A stretch of DNA of 64,000 nt from an uncultured Oscillospiraceae bacterium. Its GTDB lineage: Bacteria; Bacillota; Clostridia; Oscillospirales; Oscillospiraceae. The stretch lies in assembly GCA_910589085.1 (NCBI GenBank), contig CAJUSG010000001.1:15708-79707 (forward strand). The letters are read 5' to 3'. The position numbers and the translations under genes were made by a program. Within the stretch, counting starts at the first letter, position 1; each line of letters begins with the position of its first letter. Shown here one piece after another: positions 27,500 to 37,494 of this stretch. The notes below the pieces were generated by a model. The model ran no database searches, was not told the DNA's origin, and saw only the letters and a list, made by a program, of their open reading frames with translations.

Positions 27500-29188
27500 A
27501 TGCTCTCCTTGCTTCACATTGAAAATATCGCGATTATTGAATCGGCTGATCTCAGCTTCGACGGCGGCTTTAACGTGCTCACCGGCGAGACAGGAGCGGG
27601 TAAGTCGATTGTGATTGATTCCATCAGTGCCGTCCTGGGGGAACGGACCAGTCGGGAGTTGATCCGGACCGGAGCTAAGTCGGCGGTAGTCAATGCGGTT
27701 TTTACCGGGTCGCTGCCCGTGAAATGGCTGGAGGACAACGGTTTTCCGGCGGACGGGGAGGAACTGATGCTCCAGCGGGAGATCCAGGGGGATGGCCGCA
27801 ACGCCTGCCGGGTGAATGGCCGGCCGCTGACAGTGGCCCAGCTTCGGGAGCTGGGCCGGCAGCTGCTGAACATTCACGGCCAGCATGACGGCCAGCAGCT
27901 GCTGGACCCGGACTGCCACCTGGGATATTTGGACAGTTTTGGCAAGACGATCCCCCTGCTGGAGAACTATCAGGCCGCATACCGCTCTCTGGCTGACCTG
28001 CGGAAACGGATTGCCGCCCTGGAGATGGACGAGGCGGAGCGCTCCCGCCGGGTGGATACGTTGGAGTATCAGATCAAAGAACTGGAGCGCGCTGAGCTGA
28101 GGGCCGGTGAGGACGAGGAGCTGGACGCCCGCAAGACTCTGCTGCGCAGCTCGGGGAAGCTGATGGAGGCGATCCAGGAGGCCCAGTTTGCCCTGTCCGG
28201 CGGGGAGGACAGCCGGGGGGCCTGCGACCTGATTAGCGAGGCAGAGGGGGCCATCCGGTCCGTGACCCGGCTGGGGCCCCAGCTGGAGGAGCTGTCGGAG
28301 AAGCTCGCTGCACTGCGGTGTGAGGCTGACGATGCGGCGGAGATTCTGCGGGACTTTGCCGATGAATTTGATTTTTCCCCGGAGGAATTAGACCGTCTGG
28401 AGAGCCGATTGGATGTAATTTACCGCCTGAAAAAGAAGTACGGTCCCACGGTGGCCGACATGCTGGATTACCTGGAGAAGTGCAGAGCGGAGCTGGAGCA
28501 AATCCAGGATGCCGACGACACAATCCAGCGGCTGGAGAAGGAGCTGGATAAGGCCCGAAAAGAGGCAAAAAAGCGGGGAGAGGCGCTGTCCAAGGCTCGA
28601 AAAAAAGCGGCGGAGGACCTGCAGAAGCGGGTGCAGGAGGAACTTCGCCAGCTGGACATGCCCAAGGTACAGTTTGTCACAGATTTTGCCCCCTGCCCGG
28701 GCCAGGACGGTATGGATGACACCGGTATGGACCAGGTGCAGTTTCTCATGTCCGCCAACCTGGGTGAAGCGCTGAAGCCGATCCAAAAGGTGGCCTCCGG
28801 CGGCGAGCTGGCCCGGATTATGCTGGCTCTGAAAAATGTGCTGGCGGAGGACGACGGCATTGGCAGCCTGGTCTTTGACGAGGTGGACACCGGCGTGTCC
28901 GGCCGGGCGGCGCAGAAGGTGGCAGAAAAAATGGCGGATGTGGCCCGGCGCAAGCAAGTGCTGTGCGTTACCCACCTGCCTCAGATCGCCGCGATGGCGG
29001 ATACCCATTTCTCAGTGGAGAAGGGAGAGAAGAAAGGGCGCACCTTCACCCGGGTGGAGAGGCTGGACCAGAAGGGGAGGGTGGACGAGCTGGCCCGCCT
29101 GATTGGCGGAGCCGCTTTGACCGATTCCCTGCGGCAGAGTGCCTCTGAGCTGCTGGCTCAGGCGGAGACGTACCGGCAAAATAGATAA
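27500..29188 (+). CDS. recN: DNA repair protein RecN
   Basis: GETGAGKS, IHGQH, ASGGELAR, FDEVDTGVSG, THLPQ. Confidence 0.96.
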   Translation: MLSLLHIENIAIIESADLSFDGGFNVLTGETGAGKSIVIDSISAVLGERTSRELIRTGAKSAVVNAVFTGSLPVKWLEDNGFPADGEELMLQREIQGDGRNACRVNGRPLTVAQLRELGRQLLNIHGQHDGQQLLDPDCHLGYLDSFGKTIPLLENYQAAYRSLADLRKRIAALEMDEAERSRRVDTLEYQIKELERAELRAGEDEELDARKTLLRSSGKLMEAIQEAQFALSGGEDSRGACDLISEAEGAIRSVTRLGPQLEELSEKLAALRCEADDAAEILRDFADEFDFSPEELDRLESRLDVIYRLKKKYGPTVADMLDYLEKCRAELEQIQDADDTIQRLEKELDKARKEAKKRGEALSKARKKAAEDLQKRVQEELRQLDMPKVQFVTDFAPCPGQDGMDDTGMDQVQFLMSANLGEALKPIQKVASGGELARIMLALKNVLAEDDGIGSLVFDEVDTGVSGRAAQKVAEKMADVARRKQVLCVTHLPQIAAMADTHFSVEKGEKKGRTFTRVERLDQKGRVDELARLIGGAALTDSLRQSASELLAQAETYRQNR

Positions 29189-29441
29189 ATCTTTGGAAAG
29201 CCGGCCGCAGGTTATGTCACAGGTGACGGGGTAAAATGATAGAATTTTCTCGGCCTCCAGGGGAAGAACTTGGCCGTTTGTGCAAAAATTTCAAAATGGG
29301 AGCAGGAAGGAATGTCTTTCTCTTGCATGAAAAGGGCGGCTGTGCTATACTGCGAAGCTAAGCTGATGGGGAGCGCTCCCCACCGGCGGGCCGGATCATA
29401 CCCGGCCGGTTCATCAAAGAATGTACAGGAGGGAACACCCG

Positions 29442-30272
29442 ATGTATTTGGAGGAATACCGCAAGGCCCGCCAGATGGGCCAGAAGGAGAGCAAGCTCTG
29501 TCAATCCAGGGGGGGCTCCCCCTATCTGCCGGTGCTGGATGAAATTTTGGCGGAGGAGGAGACCTGCGGCGAGGTCAGCCTGGGGCTGTCGGATATCCCC
29601 CTTGAGCTGATTGTAGGCACCAGGTCCGCCGGACGCAGTCAGGCCTTCTCCCGAAGTTTTCTCCCTCTGATGGGGGAGGACTCGGAGTTTGCCGGCAAGT
29701 GGATGGCACTGTGCAAAGCGCACATGGATGAGGGGATTGCCGATCCAATCAAGGCCTATGAGTACATGCATACCTTCTACGTGGTGGAGGGCCACAAGCG
29801 GGTGAGTGTTCTGCGCTATTTCGGCGCGGTGAGCATTCCCGCTGAGGTTACCCGGGTTCTGCCCGCTAAAAATGAATCAAAGGCCAGCAAGATTTATTAT
29901 GAATATGTGGACTTCTACCGGCTGTCCGGGATCAACTATCTTTGGTTCAGCGGAGTGGGGCGCTTTCCCCGGCTTCAGGAGGCGGTCGGCAAGGGGCCGG
30001 ATGAGCAGTGGACCGAGGATGAGCGCCGGAAATTTTTCAGCGTCTACAGTCAGTTCTCCTCTCTCTACGGAGACAAGAGCGCCAAGGACCTGGCAGGGCG
30101 GATGACCACCGGCGATGCGCTGCTGCTTTATCTGGACATGTTTGGCTACGACCAGGTGCGGGACTATCCTCAGTCCAAGCTGAAGGAGGGCTTTTTGCAG
30201 CTCCACCAGGCTTTTTCGCTGAAAAAACCGCTTCAGGATCTGAATCCGCTGAAAGGACTGCTGGGCCGATGA
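29442..30272 (+). CDS. ParB/Sulfiredoxin-like domain protein
   Basis: IPLELIVGT...FLPL...PIKAYEY...FYVVEGHKRVSV, similar to the ParB/Srx DGHHR region. Confidence 0.6.
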   Translation: MYLEEYRKARQMGQKESKLCQSRGGSPYLPVLDEILAEEETCGEVSLGLSDIPLELIVGTRSAGRSQAFSRSFLPLMGEDSEFAGKWMALCKAHMDEGIADPIKAYEYMHTFYVVEGHKRVSVLRYFGAVSIPAEVTRVLPAKNESKASKIYYEYVDFYRLSGINYLWFSGVGRFPRLQEAVGKGPDEQWTEDERRKFFSVYSQFSSLYGDKSAKDLAGRMTTGDALLLYLDMFGYDQVRDYPQSKLKEGFLQLHQAFSLKKPLQDLNPLKGLLGR

Positions 30273-30862
30273 AAATTATGGCGCTCTCTGACCAGGAGTG
30301 CCCCATGCTGTGGGACTACCTGGACCGGCGCCGCTTGGAGGGGGTCGATTTGATCCTCTCCTGCGGCGATCTGGACCCTCGGTATCTGTCCTTTATTGCC
30401 ACCTTTGCCCATGCTCCGGTACTCTATGTCCATGGAAACCATGACGACCGGTACGCCGCAGTGCCGCCGGAGGGCTGTGTCTGTGTAGAGGACAGGATTC
30501 ATACCTTCCAGGGGGTCCGGATTCTGGGACTGGGCGGCTCAATGCGCTACAAGCAGAAGGGTGAGCATCAGTACACCCAGCGTCAGATGGACCGGCGGGT
30601 CCTGCGCCGAAGACTGGAGCTGCTGCGCCGGAGAGGGTTTGACATTCTCCTGACCCACGCCCCAGCTCTGGACCTGAACGACGGCGACGACCTGGCTCAT
30701 ACAGGCTTTGATGCCTTCAACGGTCTCATGGACCGCTACAGACCCAAGTACTTCATTCATGGACATGTCCACATGAACTATGGGATGGAGTATCCTAGGC
30801 TGTCCGCCTATGGAGAGACCCAGGTCATCAACGCATTTGAGACCTACACATTTGAATATTGA
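30269..30862 (+). CDS. Calcineurin-like metallophosphoesterase
   Basis: SD, CGD, GNHD, THAP, HGHVH motifs. Confidence 0.88.
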   Translation: MKIMALSDQECPMLWDYLDRRRLEGVDLILSCGDLDPRYLSFIATFAHAPVLYVHGNHDDRYAAVPPEGCVCVEDRIHTFQGVRILGLGGSMRYKQKGEHQYTQRQMDRRVLRRRLELLRRRGFDILLTHAPALDLNDGDDLAHTGFDAFNGLMDRYRPKYFIHGHVHMNYGMEYPRLSAYGETQVINAFETYTFEY

Positions 30863-30965
30863 GTGTGGACAAGCATTGTCCGGCAGCGTGAAGGAAAAAT
30901 ACCTTTCCTCCACGCTGTTTTTGTGCTATAATGGTACAGCAATTATACGAATAGGGGGATGTGCA

Positions 30966-32066
30966 GTGGGAGCGGAGCAGGGCATGGGGCGGAACAGCCT
31001 GCAATCCAAGCGGCACAACCGGGGCCTGGTAATTGGCCAGCTTCTTACCGGGGCGTGCGGCTCACGAATTGAACTGGCCAGACGGACTGGACTGTCTAAG
31101 ATGACGGTGACAAACATCGTCGCTGATTTTATTGCGCAGGGCATGGTGGAGGAGTGTGAGGAGCAGCTGACCGAGACCTGCGGACGCAATCCCATCCGCC
31201 TCCGGATTGGCTCCGGGGCTCCACGGGTAGCTGGGCTGCTGGTTCAGAGAGAGGGAATCGTGGCAGCTCTGTGTACTTTGGAGCTGGAGGTGCTGAAAAC
31301 CGAGGAAGTATCCTTCCTGAGTGTGTCAAAAGATCAACTCCCTGTCTATGCCTGCGAGGTGCTGGACCGGCTGCTGGCCGGGGAGAGCAATCTTTTAGCG
31401 ATCGGTGTGGCCAGGGCGGTTCCGGTGGACCTGCGGAGCTTCCTGGAGGAGCGTTACCGCCTGCCCGTGATTGTGGATGAGGACGGAGCCAGCGCCGCCC
31501 AGGCGGAGAAGCTCCTGGGAGCGGGGCAGGAGGCGGACGATTTTGTCTATGTGGGCCTGGGAGACCATATCTCCTCGGGGATTATCAGCGGCGGAAAGGT
31601 TCTGCGCAGTGCCCGGGGGGCAGGCTCCCGGCTGGGACATGTAAGCATCGACCGGAATGGCCCGCCCTGCTCCTGCGGCGGCAGGGGCTGTCTGGAGATG
31701 TACGCCGGCACCAGGGTGGTATTGGGGAAGCTGTGGCGCTCCGCCGGACGGAAGCTGCGCTTTGCCCAGTTCTGCCGCCTGTCCGGGGTGGCAGAAATTG
31801 AGGAAGTTATGACAGAGCTGATTGCCAATTTGGCGGTGGCTCTTACAAGCATGATCCGTCTTCTTCAGCCGGAGATGATTATTTTGGGGCAGGATGGCAT
31901 GGAGTGGGACGACCGGCATGTACAGATGCTGGAGGAAGCTGTAAACTGCGGAGAGGGGGAGCCCGTCCCAGTGCGCAAGGCCAGATTTGGCAGGGACGCT
32001 CAACTGATAGGAGCGGCGGCCAATGTGGTGTGCACGCTGTGTCAGGGGGAGCTGTTGGACGTGTAA
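30966..32066 (+). CDS. ROK family transcriptional regulator
   Basis: N-terminal HTH SRIELARRTGLSKMTV; GH..I...CSCGGRGCLE; start uncertain (30966 or 30984). Confidence 0.85.
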   Translation: MGAEQGMGRNSLQSKRHNRGLVIGQLLTGACGSRIELARRTGLSKMTVTNIVADFIAQGMVEECEEQLTETCGRNPIRLRIGSGAPRVAGLLVQREGIVAALCTLELEVLKTEEVSFLSVSKDQLPVYACEVLDRLLAGESNLLAIGVARAVPVDLRSFLEERYRLPVIVDEDGASAAQAEKLLGAGQEADDFVYVGLGDHISSGIISGGKVLRSARGAGSRLGHVSIDRNGPPCSCGGRGCLEMYAGTRVVLGKLWRSAGRKLRFAQFCRLSGVAEIEEVMTELIANLAVALTSMIRLLQPEMIILGQDGMEWDDRHVQMLEEAVNCGEGEPVPVRKARFGRDAQLIGAAANVVCTLCQGELLDV

Positions 32067-32097
32067 CACTGAGGGCGGAGGAAAAACCTCCGCCCCT

Positions 32098-32727
32098 TTA
32101 TAGTTTACATAACAATTTTAGCTGCTCTGACTGAAGTAGCGTGATGGTACGATACCCCAACGCAATCCAACCCCGACGGGCAAACTCGTTCAGCACCCGG
32201 CTTACCGTTACACGGCTGGCGGAGACGGCGGCGGCGATGTCCTCCTGAGTGCAGGACACCGGCCCGGAACCGGGGGAGAGGGTGAGCAGATAGTTGGCCA
32301 CCCGCCACCGGGCGGGGCGGAAGGCCATCTGGTCCACCTGACCCGACAGCAGCCGCACCGTCCGGGCCAGGTACTTCATCATAGCCAGGGCCAGCTCCGG
32401 GTCCCGGGCAAACTCCTGGGCCACCAGCTCCCGGTCAATGGGGACAATCTCACAGGGGGTCAGGGCCACCGCAGAGGATACCCGAGGCAGCTCGTCGAAG
32501 AAGGCGGCCTCCCCAAAAAGGCTCCCGGCGGTATAGATGTTCAGCACCCGTGACCCGCCATCCTCAGACTGGATAAAGCTTTTTACCTTGCCAGCTTTTA
32601 GAAAGTAGAAACAAGTGGCCTCGGTGTCCTGGAGGTAGATAAGATACCCGGGGGAACACCGCACCGGAGGCCGGCTCCGGGCGAAGGGCTCCCAGATGCC
32701 GGCAGGGAAGTCCAGCTCGTGGTTCAT
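32098..32727 (-). CDS. Crp/Fnr family regulator
   Basis: FGE...PR cNMP-binding domain; HTH TQEDIA...SRVTVSRVL. Confidence 0.88.
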   Translation of the reverse strand: MNHELDFPAGIWEPFARSRPPVRCSPGYLIYLQDTEATCFYFLKAGKVKSFIQSEDGGSRVLNIYTAGSLFGEAAFFDELPRVSSAVALTPCEIVPIDRELVAQEFARDPELALAMMKYLARTVRLLSGQVDQMAFRPARWRVANYLLTLSPGSGPVSCTQEDIAAAVSASRVTVSRVLNEFARRGWIALGYRTITLLQSEQLKLLCKL

Positions 32728-33152
32728 ACTTTTTTCACCGTCGCCTTTACCATGTCCAGCAGTGAGGTATACGGAGGAAAGTGATCCGCCAGCGGACGGC
32801 CATCTTCTCCATTCCGGTACAAAAAATCGCCCATGTCGTAGCGAGTGCAGAGGACGTGGAGGGTGTCGGTCTTCCTCCCCCAAAAGCTCCTGTGTGACTT
32901 TGGGGGCGGCAGCTCATCCAGGACCGCTTCATCCCGCAGAAGGTAGCCCGAGGTGCTCATCTCCAAAAAGCCCACCAATATGTCCTCCACCCAGACTGCC
33001 CAGACCACGCCGCCCACCCCGGGCACGTAATTCACCGCCTTGTCCAGCAGCTCGGAGACGGTGAGAGGCTGGTCAATTTCCTCCGTTCGGGTGTTGGGGG
33101 CGTTGACATCATCTGCCATACAGACGCTGTCCCGGGTCCAGATGATTTTCAT
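32724..33152 (-). CDS. Hypothetical protein
   Basis: MKIIWTRDSVCMADDVNAP; overlaps the Crp gene start by 4 nt. Confidence 0.6.
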   Translation of the reverse strand: MKIIWTRDSVCMADDVNAPNTRTEEIDQPLTVSELLDKAVNYVPGVGGVVWAVWVEDILVGFLEMSTSGYLLRDEAVLDELPPPKSHRSFWGRKTDTLHVLCTRYDMGDFLYRNGEDGRPLADHFPPYTSLLDMVKATVKKV

Positions 33153-33249
33153 ATTTTGGACGCCTGCGGTAATCATCATTTTGTCCTCCAAGAGCTTTAT
33201 CCTTGGGGCATACTTTTTAAAAAAGGACGGGATTTCCCCGTCCCTGCTT

Positions 33250-33396
33250 TTATTGGCCTGCTCCGGCAATATATGTGTCAATAAGTTGCTTTAATTCTTC
33301 AACTGTGTATGTTTTGTCGGGATTGGCTTCTAAAATCTGCTTGAAGTCAAACATAGTGGCCTTTTGGATCATTAGAATCTCTTTTTCAGACGGCAT
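33250..33396 (-). CDS. Small hypothetical protein (48 aa)
   Basis: Strong RBS gaaaggagg; MPSEKEILMIQKATMFDFKQILEANPDKTYTVEELKQLIDTYIAGAGQ; too short for the ORF track. Confidence 0.7.
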   Translation of the reverse strand: MPSEKEILMIQKATMFDFKQILEANPDKTYTVEELKQLIDTYIAGAGQ

Positions 33397-33544
33397 ATGG
33401 TTGGCCTCCTTTCATTTATAATTTATTCTAGCATATGGAGCGGTTATTGTCAAAGTATTTTCTAGATTATATCATACTTTACATTCTTTTGACAAGCCCT
33501 GTGATAAAATCCCCTCAATAAACCGCAAGGAGGTAATTTACCCT

Positions 33545-34801
33545 ATGGGAATGACAATGACGCAGAAAATTTTAGCCAAAGCCGCCGGGCTGGACAAGGT
33601 GGAGCCGGGCCAGCTCATTGAGGCCAGGCTGGACCTGGTGCTGGGCAACGATATCACCACCCCTGTGGCGATTACAGAGTTTGAAAAGGCTGGCTTTACG
33701 CAAGTTTTTGACAAAGACAAAATTGCGATTGTCCTGGACCACTACACCCCCTGCAAGGACATCAAGTCCGCCCAGCTGTGTAAGCAGGCCCGGGAATTTG
33801 CCCATAAGCATGAGATTACCAACTTCTTTGACGTGGGTCAGATGGGTGTTGAGCACGCCCTTCTGCCGGAAAAGGGGCTGGCCGCCCCCGGCGAAGTGAT
33901 TATCGGCGCGGATTCTCACACCTGCACCTATGGGGCTTTGGGGGCGTTTTCCACCGGTGTGGGCTCCACCGACATGGCCGCCGGTATGGCTACCGGCCTG
34001 CTGTGGTTCAAGGTGCCCTCCGCCATCAAGGTCACCCTGAAGGGTAAGCTCCAGCCCCATGTGTCGGGCAAGGATGTGATCCTCCACCTGATCGGTGAGA
34101 TCGGCGTGGACGGCGCTCTGTATCAGTCCCTGGAGTTCGCCGGGGAGGGGGTTGGCTCCCTGACCATGGACGACCGCTTCACCATCTCCAACATGGCCAT
34201 CGAGGCCGGCGGTAAAAACGGCATTTTCCCGGTGGACGAAAAGACCATGGAGTACATCAACGGGCGGGTGTCCCGCTCCTGTGAGGCCTTTGCCGCCGAC
34301 CCGGACGCCGTCTATGACCGGGAGGTGGTCATCGATCTGGACAAGCTGGAGCCCACCGTGGCCCTGCCCCACCTGCCGGAGAACACCAAGGTGGTGTCTG
34401 AGGTGGCCGGGACCCCCATCAATCAGGTGGTAATCGGCTCCTGCACCAATGGACGTATCGGCGATCTGCGCATCGCCGCCGCCATTATGAAGGGTAAAAA
34501 GGTGGCCTCCAATGTGCGGTGTGTGGTCATCCCCGCCACGCAGGAGATTGTCCTTCAGGCCATGGCCGAGGGGCTGATTCAGACCTTCATTGAGGCGGGC
34601 GCGGCGGTGTCCACCCCCACCTGCGGCCCCTGCCTGGGGGGACACATGGGCGTGATGGCCGAGGGGGAGCGCACCGTCTCCACCACCAACCGGAATTTTG
34701 TGGGCCGCATGGGCCACACCACCTCCGAGATTATCCTGGCCTCTCCCGCTGTGGCCGCCGCCTCCGCCATCGCCGGGTGCGTGGCTGACCCCAGGGCGTA
34801 G
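33545..34801 (+). CDS. leuC: 3-isopropylmalate dehydratase large subunit
   Basis: DSHTCT, GSCTNGR, CGPCLG, STTNRNF. Confidence 0.93.
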   Translation: MGMTMTQKILAKAAGLDKVEPGQLIEARLDLVLGNDITTPVAITEFEKAGFTQVFDKDKIAIVLDHYTPCKDIKSAQLCKQAREFAHKHEITNFFDVGQMGVEHALLPEKGLAAPGEVIIGADSHTCTYGALGAFSTGVGSTDMAAGMATGLLWFKVPSAIKVTLKGKLQPHVSGKDVILHLIGEIGVDGALYQSLEFAGEGVGSLTMDDRFTISNMAIEAGGKNGIFPVDEKTMEYINGRVSRSCEAFAADPDAVYDREVVIDLDKLEPTVALPHLPENTKVVSEVAGTPINQVVIGSCTNGRIGDLRIAAAIMKGKKVASNVRCVVIPATQEIVLQAMAEGLIQTFIEAGAAVSTPTCGPCLGGHMGVMAEGERTVSTTNRNFVGRMGHTTSEIILASPAVAAASAIAGCVADPRA

Positions 34802-34887
34802 GGCGCGACGACCCCGGCGCGCCGTTCCAGGAAGGACGGCGTGCCCAGTGGTCACGCCCTACATGTAGGGGCGGATACCATCCGCCT
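34798..34887. repeat. GTAG-type REP-like palindrome cluster
   Basis: GTAGGGCGCGACGACCCCGGCGCGCC, an inverted copy ending GCCCTAC, then GTAGGGGCGGATACCATCCGCC. Confidence 0.6.
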
Positions 34888-34914
34888 GCATTTCAAACAG
34901 AAAGGAACAACACC

Positions 34915-35400
34915 ATGAAAGTTTACAAATACGGCGCCAACGTGGACACCGATGTGATTATCCCGGCGCGGCACCTGAACGACCCCTCCCCGGCGGCCCT
35001 GGCCAGCCACTGCATGGAGGACATCGACGCGGACTTTGCTACCACGGTCCAGGCGGGGGATATCATCGTGGCCGGGCCCAATTTCGGCTGCGGCTCCAGC
35101 CGGGAGCACGCCCCCCTGGCCATCAAGTCCTGCGGCGTAAAGTGCGTCATTGCCCCCTCCTTTGCCCGCATCTTCTACCGCAACGCCATCAACATCGGCT
35201 TCCCCATCGTGGAATGCCCCCAGGCCGCCGAGGAAATCCAGGCCGGGGACCATGTGGAGGTGGACTTTGCCAGCGGCATCATCACGGATGTGACCACCGG
35301 GAAGACCTACCAGGCCGCCCCCTTCCCGGCGTTTATCGACGGCATTATCAAAAGCGGCGGCCTGCTCAACTCTCTGAAGGAGCGAGGGGTGGCGAAGTAA
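34915..35400 (+). CDS. leuD: 3-isopropylmalate dehydratase small subunit
   Basis: NVDTDVIIPA, NFGCGSSREHA, FARIFYRN. Confidence 0.93.
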   Translation: MKVYKYGANVDTDVIIPARHLNDPSPAALASHCMEDIDADFATTVQAGDIIVAGPNFGCGSSREHAPLAIKSCGVKCVIAPSFARIFYRNAINIGFPIVECPQAAEEIQAGDHVEVDFASGIITDVTTGKTYQAAPFPAFIDGIIKSGGLLNSLKERGVAK

Positions 35401-35720
35401 TGCCGGCAATTGTTATCAGCATGGATTCTCGGAAGATGGAAAATCCCGACCTGGATATCCGTTACCTCTTGCCCGACCGGATTGAGGAGTGGTCGGAGGG
35501 AGCTGTATCGGACGACGGCTATGAATATGTGGACGAGGAGGGCCATGTCCTGGGCGTCTGGCTGGAGACCGAGGACGCGGAGGGCTGGTGGCCCAAAGTC
35601 GTGGAACTGCTGAAAACCGAGCAGTTTTGTGAGAATGACCTGTCCCGCTCCGCTCTGGTGCTGATTTCTGAGGAGTCAGGCGCGGAGTTTAAGAAGTGCC
35701 GCCAAGTCTGGCCGGAGTGA
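35400..35720 (+). CDS. Hypothetical acidic protein
   Basis: TAATG coupling to leuD; NPDLDIRY...DDGYEY. Confidence 0.65.
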   Translation: MPAIVISMDSRKMENPDLDIRYLLPDRIEEWSEGAVSDDGYEYVDEEGHVLGVWLETEDAEGWWPKVVELLKTEQFCENDLSRSALVLISEESGAEFKKCRQVWPE

Positions 35721-35723
35721 GCT

Positions 35724-36248
35724 ATGGAGACAGAACACCGAGCGCGGCTGCTGGCGCTGCTGGAAAAAATCCCTTGTGGCGTACCTGCCGGCTGGGAGAA
35801 GGAGACCTTTGCGGTGGGCGGGCTGACGTACCTGGGCTTTTCCAACCTCCAGACCGAAAAGCTGGTGGTCATCTCCTCGCAGCGGCAGAGCGTCATCGAC
35901 TGCCGGACCTGGGAGAAAATCAACTGTGAGGGGAGCTATGACGAGGAGAATCTGGTCGCCTGCGCCGAGCCCCTGGGGGATGAGCTGATTCCCATTGCCG
36001 GGGAGGGGGGAGGCGGTCTGCGGCGGCTTGCCCCGCCGGGGGACGGACTGGACACAGCCGCTCCCTTCTGGCCCAGGGAGCTGGTCATTTTCATGCCCCA
36101 ATATGCCTCCTGGTATCAGAGCCCCGAGACCTGCACCATAATTTTTGACGACTATGGGCCCAAAGCCTTTGGTTTCAGCCGGTGCGGCAACTATATGGCC
36201 GTCGGGACCTCCAGTGAGGTAGATATTTTTAGAAGGATAGGAGAATAA
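35724..36248 (+). CDS. Hypothetical protein
   Basis: RBS ggag; host-like codon usage; fills the gap to leuB. Confidence 0.65.
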   Translation: METEHRARLLALLEKIPCGVPAGWEKETFAVGGLTYLGFSNLQTEKLVVISSQRQSVIDCRTWEKINCEGSYDEENLVACAEPLGDELIPIAGEGGGGLRRLAPPGDGLDTAAPFWPRELVIFMPQYASWYQSPETCTIIFDDYGPKAFGFSRCGNYMAVGTSSEVDIFRRIGE

Positions 36249-36252
36249 AGCT

Positions 36253-37329
36253 ATGAACTATAAAATCGCCCTCATCAGGGGCGACGGCATCGGCCCCGAG
36301 GTAGTAGGGGAGGCCGTCAAGGTGATGGATGCCATCGGTGAAAAATTCGGCCACACCTTTGAGTATGTGGACATTCTCATGGGCGGCTGCGCCATCGACG
36401 TGGTGGGCAAGTCTTATCCCGACGGCACTGCCGAGCAGTGCAGGGCCTGCGACGCGGTCTTGCTGGGTGCGGTGGGGGGACCCAAGTGGGGCCACGCCTC
36501 CGAGCCGGACAAGCGGCCCGAGACCGCTCTGCTGTCTATCCGCAAGGACCTGGGACTGTATGCCAATCTGCGCCCCGCCGCCCTGCGGCCCGCCCTGGCG
36601 GACGCCTGTCCCTTAAAGAAGGAGACCGCCGACAGGGGAATCGACCTGATGATCGTCCGGGAGCTGACCGGGGGGATCTACTTCGGCAAGCGGGAGCGGT
36701 ACGCCACCGAGGACAGGGGGGAGGAGGCCGCCGACCGGATGGCCTACTCTGAACAGGAGATCGAGCGCATTGGCCGCCGGGCCTTTGAGCTGGCCCGTCT
36801 GCGGAACAAGAAGCTGGCCAGTGTGGACAAGGCCAATGTGCTGGAGACCTCCCGGCTGTGGCGGCAGGTAATGCACCGTCTGGCGGAGGAGTACGCCGAT
36901 GTGGCCTATGAGGATGTTCTGGTAGACAACGCCGCTATGCAGCTGGTCCGGGACCCGGGGCAGTTCGATGTGGTGGTCACCGAAAATATGTTTGGCGACA
37001 TTCTCTCTGATGAGGCCTCCATGATTACCGGCTCCATCGGTCTGCTGCCCTCCGCCTCCATCGGGGACTGTGCCCCAGGCCTGTATGAGCCCATCCACGG
37101 CTCCGCCCCTGACATCGCCGGTCAGGACAAGGCCAACCCTGTCGCTACTATTTTGTCAGTGGCTATGATGTTCCGCTACTCCTTCAATCTGCCCGCCGAG
37201 GCCCAGGCCATCGAGACGGCGGTGGATGCCGTCCTGAATGAAGGCTGGCGCACCGCCGACATCGCCAAGCCTGGCGAGGAAGCGATGGGCACCATCAAAA
37301 TGGGTGAGCTGATTCGGGAGAGGCTATAA
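36253..37329 (+). CDS. leuB: 3-isopropylmalate dehydrogenase
   Basis: [36 protein letters not shown]. Confidence 0.95.
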   Translation: MNYKIALIRGDGIGPEVVGEAVKVMDAIGEKFGHTFEYVDILMGGCAIDVVGKSYPDGTAEQCRACDAVLLGAVGGPKWGHASEPDKRPETALLSIRKDLGLYANLRPAALRPALADACPLKKETADRGIDLMIVRELTGGIYFGKRERYATEDRGEEAADRMAYSEQEIERIGRRAFELARLRNKKLASVDKANVLETSRLWRQVMHRLAEEYADVAYEDVLVDNAAMQLVRDPGQFDVVVTENMFGDILSDEASMITGSIGLLPSASIGDCAPGLYEPIHGSAPDIAGQDKANPVATILSVAMMFRYSFNLPAEAQAIETAVDAVLNEGWRTADIAKPGEEAMGTIKMGELIRERL

Positions 37330-37494
37330 AATTCCAAAAGCTGGAGGCAAATTGTCTCCGGCTTTTAAAATCTGCTTAAAGTTTTGTGAAATTTCTTCAC
37401 AAGGGTGGCAAATAGTAGAAAGATGAGTTATAATGACTACAGAATACGGAGGCGGCCGGAGCCGCCCGATCCAAACGAAAAAGAGGTCGATACT

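Noticed and set aside
33572..34855. Long antisense ORFs (also 56861-58138, 3622-4731, 60950-62017, 627-1628)
   Set aside because: Shadow frames of GC-biased real genes
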